A DNA stretch of 64,000 bases from Macrostomum lignano (Eukaryota), in the NCBI GenBank assembly GCA_002269645.1, contig NIVC01000136.1:372001-436000 (forward strand), in the 5' to 3' direction. The notes beneath the pieces were generated by a model, which did not search any database, was not told the DNA's origin, and was given only the letters and a program-made list of their open reading frames with translations. Shown here one piece after another: positions 60,511 through 64,000 of the stretch; within the stretch, counting starts at the first letter, position 1; the number at the start of each line of letters is the position of its first letter. Both the position numbers and the translations under genes were made by a program.

Positions 60511-60777
60511 TCACATGACCAGCTGCAGAGTAAGGCATCGCCGTCCTTCCACATCCTGGTTTGTGTAGCTGTAATAGTTCAGCAGCGAATCCGTGTCCTG
60601 CAGTTCAAAGTTGCCGCAGAATAGTCGCATCAGGTTGGCTGGTACGGAGAGAGCGCGATGGATCTTGGACTTCACCTCGGACACGGAGTCTTGCAGCAGC
60701 AGTTCCAGTCTGAGGTGGCTCGGCTGCGCTCTCTGCGAGCTGCGACCATTGTACTCGATGGTGGCTAATATTGACAT
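60511..60777 (-). CDS. Small single-exon ubiquitin-like protein (88 aa, no C-terminal di-Gly)
   Basis: MSILATIEY...LELLLQDSVSEVKSKIHRALSVPANLMRLFCGNFELQDTDSLLNYY...LTLQLVM* matches the ubiquitin-fold pattern (TV.elK.kI....gip...qRL.f.G..L.D...L..Y). Confidence 0.65.
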   Translation of the reverse strand: MSILATIEYNGRSSQRAQPSHLRLELLLQDSVSEVKSKIHRALSVPANLMRLFCGNFELQDTDSLLNYYSYTNQDVEGRRCLTLQLVM

Positions 60778-62004
60778 CTTCCACTTAGTCAATATCCGTG
60801 TCTGAACTATGCTTGCTTGTTATAAAACAGACACAGCCAAAGTTGAAAGCCAACAGAACAAAGACAGGTTGGGCCATAGACGTAAATTCCTGACTGAGTG
60901 ACGATCGCTAGCTTAGAATACTTCAGTTATGTAGGAAACCCCCCCCAATTTGCATTGTGTATTTTGATAGAGTTGATTCAGTGCTGCAAGCCGTGTGGCG
61001 AGAAATGTGTACAGCTAATTCCAAGGTCTTGTTGATGTAGTCAGCTCACATATAGGATCGGTAAGGTTCATTGTATCTTCCTTGCAACTCTTCGATCAAC
61101 TTGATGCGGCCAACATACATGTTGGACATATCAGCCCACCCCATACGCATGTACTTGGCAGGCGTCAGCAATTGGCAAATTGGCTTCTTAAAAGCGCATC
61201 AAGGACATAAAATTCTTGACAACGCATTAAAACTCGGCATAAAAATCGATCGGCCTTTTGAATAATATACTCCACGAAGAATGTTTAGACCAATAAAAGG
61301 CATTGATTTAATTCTCTCCATGGTAACACTGGATTCCACTAAGTACTTCGCTGTTGGTCTTTATCGTGATGGTGTTAAATATGTTATTTTGTTAGTCTTT
61401 AAATTGGGTAAACATCTGGGGTGAGCAAATGCTAAACAATTCAGTATAATGCTATGCTGAAGTTATCTTAGATTCCTAATTATATATTAAATTAGGGAGG
61501 AATACCTTCGAAACTATTAACTCTAAAGAATAACTAAAAAATTATAAAACCACCGAACCCCAAAATCGTTTCATTGTTAAAAAACCTTTTGAACTAGCTA
61601 CAAGTTGTAAGTATAAAGCACAAAAATGGGAAAAATCCATGTGAAGTATGTTTTTGTAAAAATACTGCGTTCAACCCAGCGTACAAACAAAAATTGGGGA
61701 TCGCAAGAACAAGTTAGACCCCCGGCAAGTTATTATCAAATTACCCTCCGAGGAAAGATCACATTTTCTTCTATTCGCTGTTTTGCTCGAAACCTGTTGC
61801 TAAAAATAGCTACAGAAATGAAAGCTGCTCCCGTCAGCAAAATTCCATTGAAAAAAACAGTAAAAACTTGTTCGGCCAAGGCGCTGAGCAACCTCATTGA
61901 TTGAACTTAGTAAAAATTATAAATTTATGACAGAATGAGATCCATACATTGCTTGAGGTTAGGTCCTGAGGCGTGACACGTGCAAGTTGCATGTTGCAAA
62001 CAAT

Positions 62005-62300
62005 GGGAGTTGTAGCCTAGTTGTTAGTCGGACTCACGACTTGAAGGTCGGGGGTTCGATTCCCGATCCCACGGGAACAATTAACTATGCATTGCTTCAG
62101 TTCACCCAGCAGTAAAATGGGTGCCAGCATTAGCTGGGGTAATTGAGGCTGTGTGTGGCGACCCCCCCCCCGTCCTTGGACTGAACAGCCGTACGCAGCC
62201 TTCAGATGCGCCGCGCAATAGCTGCGGCTGAGCTGTCGGTTGCATACATCTGGTCTAATTGAGGCAGTTGTAATAAATTATTATTATTGTTATATTATTA
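62005..62300 (+). mobile_element. tRNA-derived SINE (family 2) with CORE-like central block and (ATT)n tail
   Basis: A box TAGCCTAGTTG, B box GGTTCGATTCC, central CAGTTCACCCAGCAGTAAAATGGGT, 3' TAATAAATTATTATTATT. Confidence 0.75.
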
Positions 62301-63148
62301 TAAAGCATTAAACAAGCATATCTTACATGCGACTTTAAACATAAGAGCTACTGAGAAGAAAGTCTATGCATGGATTGCTCAGATCAAAGCTGTATTGCAA
62401 TAGAGCTTCGATCGAGCGCAGACTTTTGTTCGATCAAACTACGGAAAACATTAAGAAATAGGAGACGCCAAAAATTGCTGAAAAGTCTGCTTTAACTCCA
62501 CACAGAGTTTGTCGATCTGCTGAACTAGACGAAATTCAATAATCAGTTGAGAGAGAGAGAAAGTTGAGGGATCACTCATCGCGGAAGCCGTCATTGACGC
62601 AATAGTTATGCGAGGAAAAAAATGAAAACCGAAAAAATGGAGATCAATTGTGAAGAGAGAGAAAGAAAGAAAGAAATGGGGGGTTGAGAATCGAGAGGGC
62701 GATCGAGTCCAACATCTGGCAAACACATGTCACTCCTAAACTTGCTGCTAACCAAAGTGTTCTGGGATAGAATTTCGCTCACGCTGCTAAGGTATGGAGC
62801 GCTTACTCTTGTCTCCAAGCCTGTCCACCGTGAGCTTTGCTGAAGGCAACAGTCGCCTCCGCGGTCACCACCTCCTCCTCGACTCCGCTTCGGCGATCGG
62901 GTTTCCGCCGCCTGAGTCGGACAAAATTTTATAAAACCCCCCCGCCGACTCAGGAGGTTCCGTCGAATCCCTCGGCTGCCTACTAGACTATTTTGCTTCT
63001 GCCCAGCAACAGAGTCTGGGAGCTGACGTGTTCATAAGAAACTCTGCCGATTATTCCTCGTAGAAGCCTGTCGCAGTGCACTGCTGTTATCAGGTATATC
63101 CTGTGCCAGTTTATTTTTAGGAAGCAACTGCAATCAAGACAGCTGCTG

Positions 63149-63452
63149 ATGGGACCCGGCAGGTACCCAGCCGCTGTGCTGCTGTCGGCTGTACTGCTGT
63201 AAGTGCCTTCGAGATGAAGCCAATAATTTTACCTCCACAGTGCCATATTGCAGGAAGCTCACCAACTCTCGATATTAATATTCGCAGGTACTGCTCCGCC
63301 GTGGCAACCGCCTCTGGCAGCATGAGCAGCAGCAAGAATCACTTTTGCAACAGCACTCGAACAGAGGACTACGTAAAGTGCTCTGATGCCAAAGAGAAGG
63401 GCTACGTTGTGCTCAAGACCCACAGCGATGGGGTCAACTGTCAGGTGCAAAT
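63149..63452 (+). CDS. 5' exons of a putative secreted or membrane protein (signal peptide); gene continues beyond the window
   Basis: Exon 63149-63198 (MGPGRYPAAVLLSAVL) with GTAAG donor; exon 63288-63452 in compatible phase (LYCSAVATASGSMSSSKNHFCNSTRTEDYVKCSDAKEKGYVVLKTHSDGVNCQVQ) with GTAAGT donor. Confidence 0.5.
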
Positions 63453-63559
63453 GTAAGTCAGCTCTCTTGTTCCTTATGATTAATTTGTGTTTCCAGTGTA
63501 GAAGACAAATATGCAATAGATTTTATAATTTCTAAATGATTGTTCATGGCAATTCATTC

Positions 63560-64000
63560 TACTGTATTTCAATAATTCATGAAGTTGGCTAGATTAGCAA
63601 TCCATTTTTCCATGTAAATCATTCATGAAGTTGGCTAGATTAGCAATCCATTCTACTACATGTACATCATTCGTAAAGTTGACTAGATTAGCAATCCACT
63701 CTACTGCATACACATTATTCACGAAGTTGGCTAGATTAGCAATCCACTCTACTGCTTGTACATCATTCGTAAAGTTGGGTAGATTAGCAATCCATTCTAC
63801 TGCATGCACATCATTCGTAAAGTTGGGTAGATTAGCAATCCATTCTACTGCATGCACATCATTCGTGAAGTTGGCTAGATTAGCAATCCATTCTACTGCA
63901 TGTACATCATTCGTGAAGTTGGCTAGATTAGCAATCCACTCTAATGCATGTACATCATTCGTGAAGTTGGGTATATTAGCAATCCACCCTACTGCATGCA
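63560..64000. repeat. About 48-bp minisatellite CATCATTCGTGAAGTTGGCTAGATTAGCAATCCATTCTACTGCATGTA
   Basis: Tandem copies to the window end. Confidence 0.85.

Overview
Metazoan genomic DNA with GC-rich exons, AT-rich minisatellite-filled introns and TTAGGG-type repeats. The style suggests a flatworm such as Macrostomum, which is inference and unverified. Host genes: (1) a long minus-strand ORF with two N-terminal ubiquitin-like domains that runs off the left edge and is absent from the ORF track; (2) an Lhx2/9 (apterous)-type LIM-homeobox gene with an in-frame TAG and a frameshift in its LIM exons; (3) CFAP161 (minus strand, 6 exons) head-to-head with (4) NCBP1/CBP80 (plus strand, 12 exons); (5) a small stand-alone ubiquitin-fold ORF; (6) the 5' end of a signal-peptide gene at the right edge. 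NCBP1 intron 1 (25.4 kb) is a nest of transposons: Helitron/Helentron-like tandem units, a very young Ty3/Gypsy-derived non-autonomous LTR element, hAT-like and other MITEs, a deleted mariner, a decayed and transition-riddled Cys-rich (possibly KDZ) transposase gene, a CATACATGCGCAAC-TIR family with 8-bp TSDs, and a nearly intact Chapaev transposon. The most unusual signal is in the LTR element. Both identical 752-bp LTRs end in a polar array of three 28-33 bp TGTA...ACA hairpin 'micro-LTR' units, each followed by a tRNA(Leu)-PBS-like repeat. The element also keeps an intact, separately promoted 291-aa orphan ORF although gag and pol are decayed.
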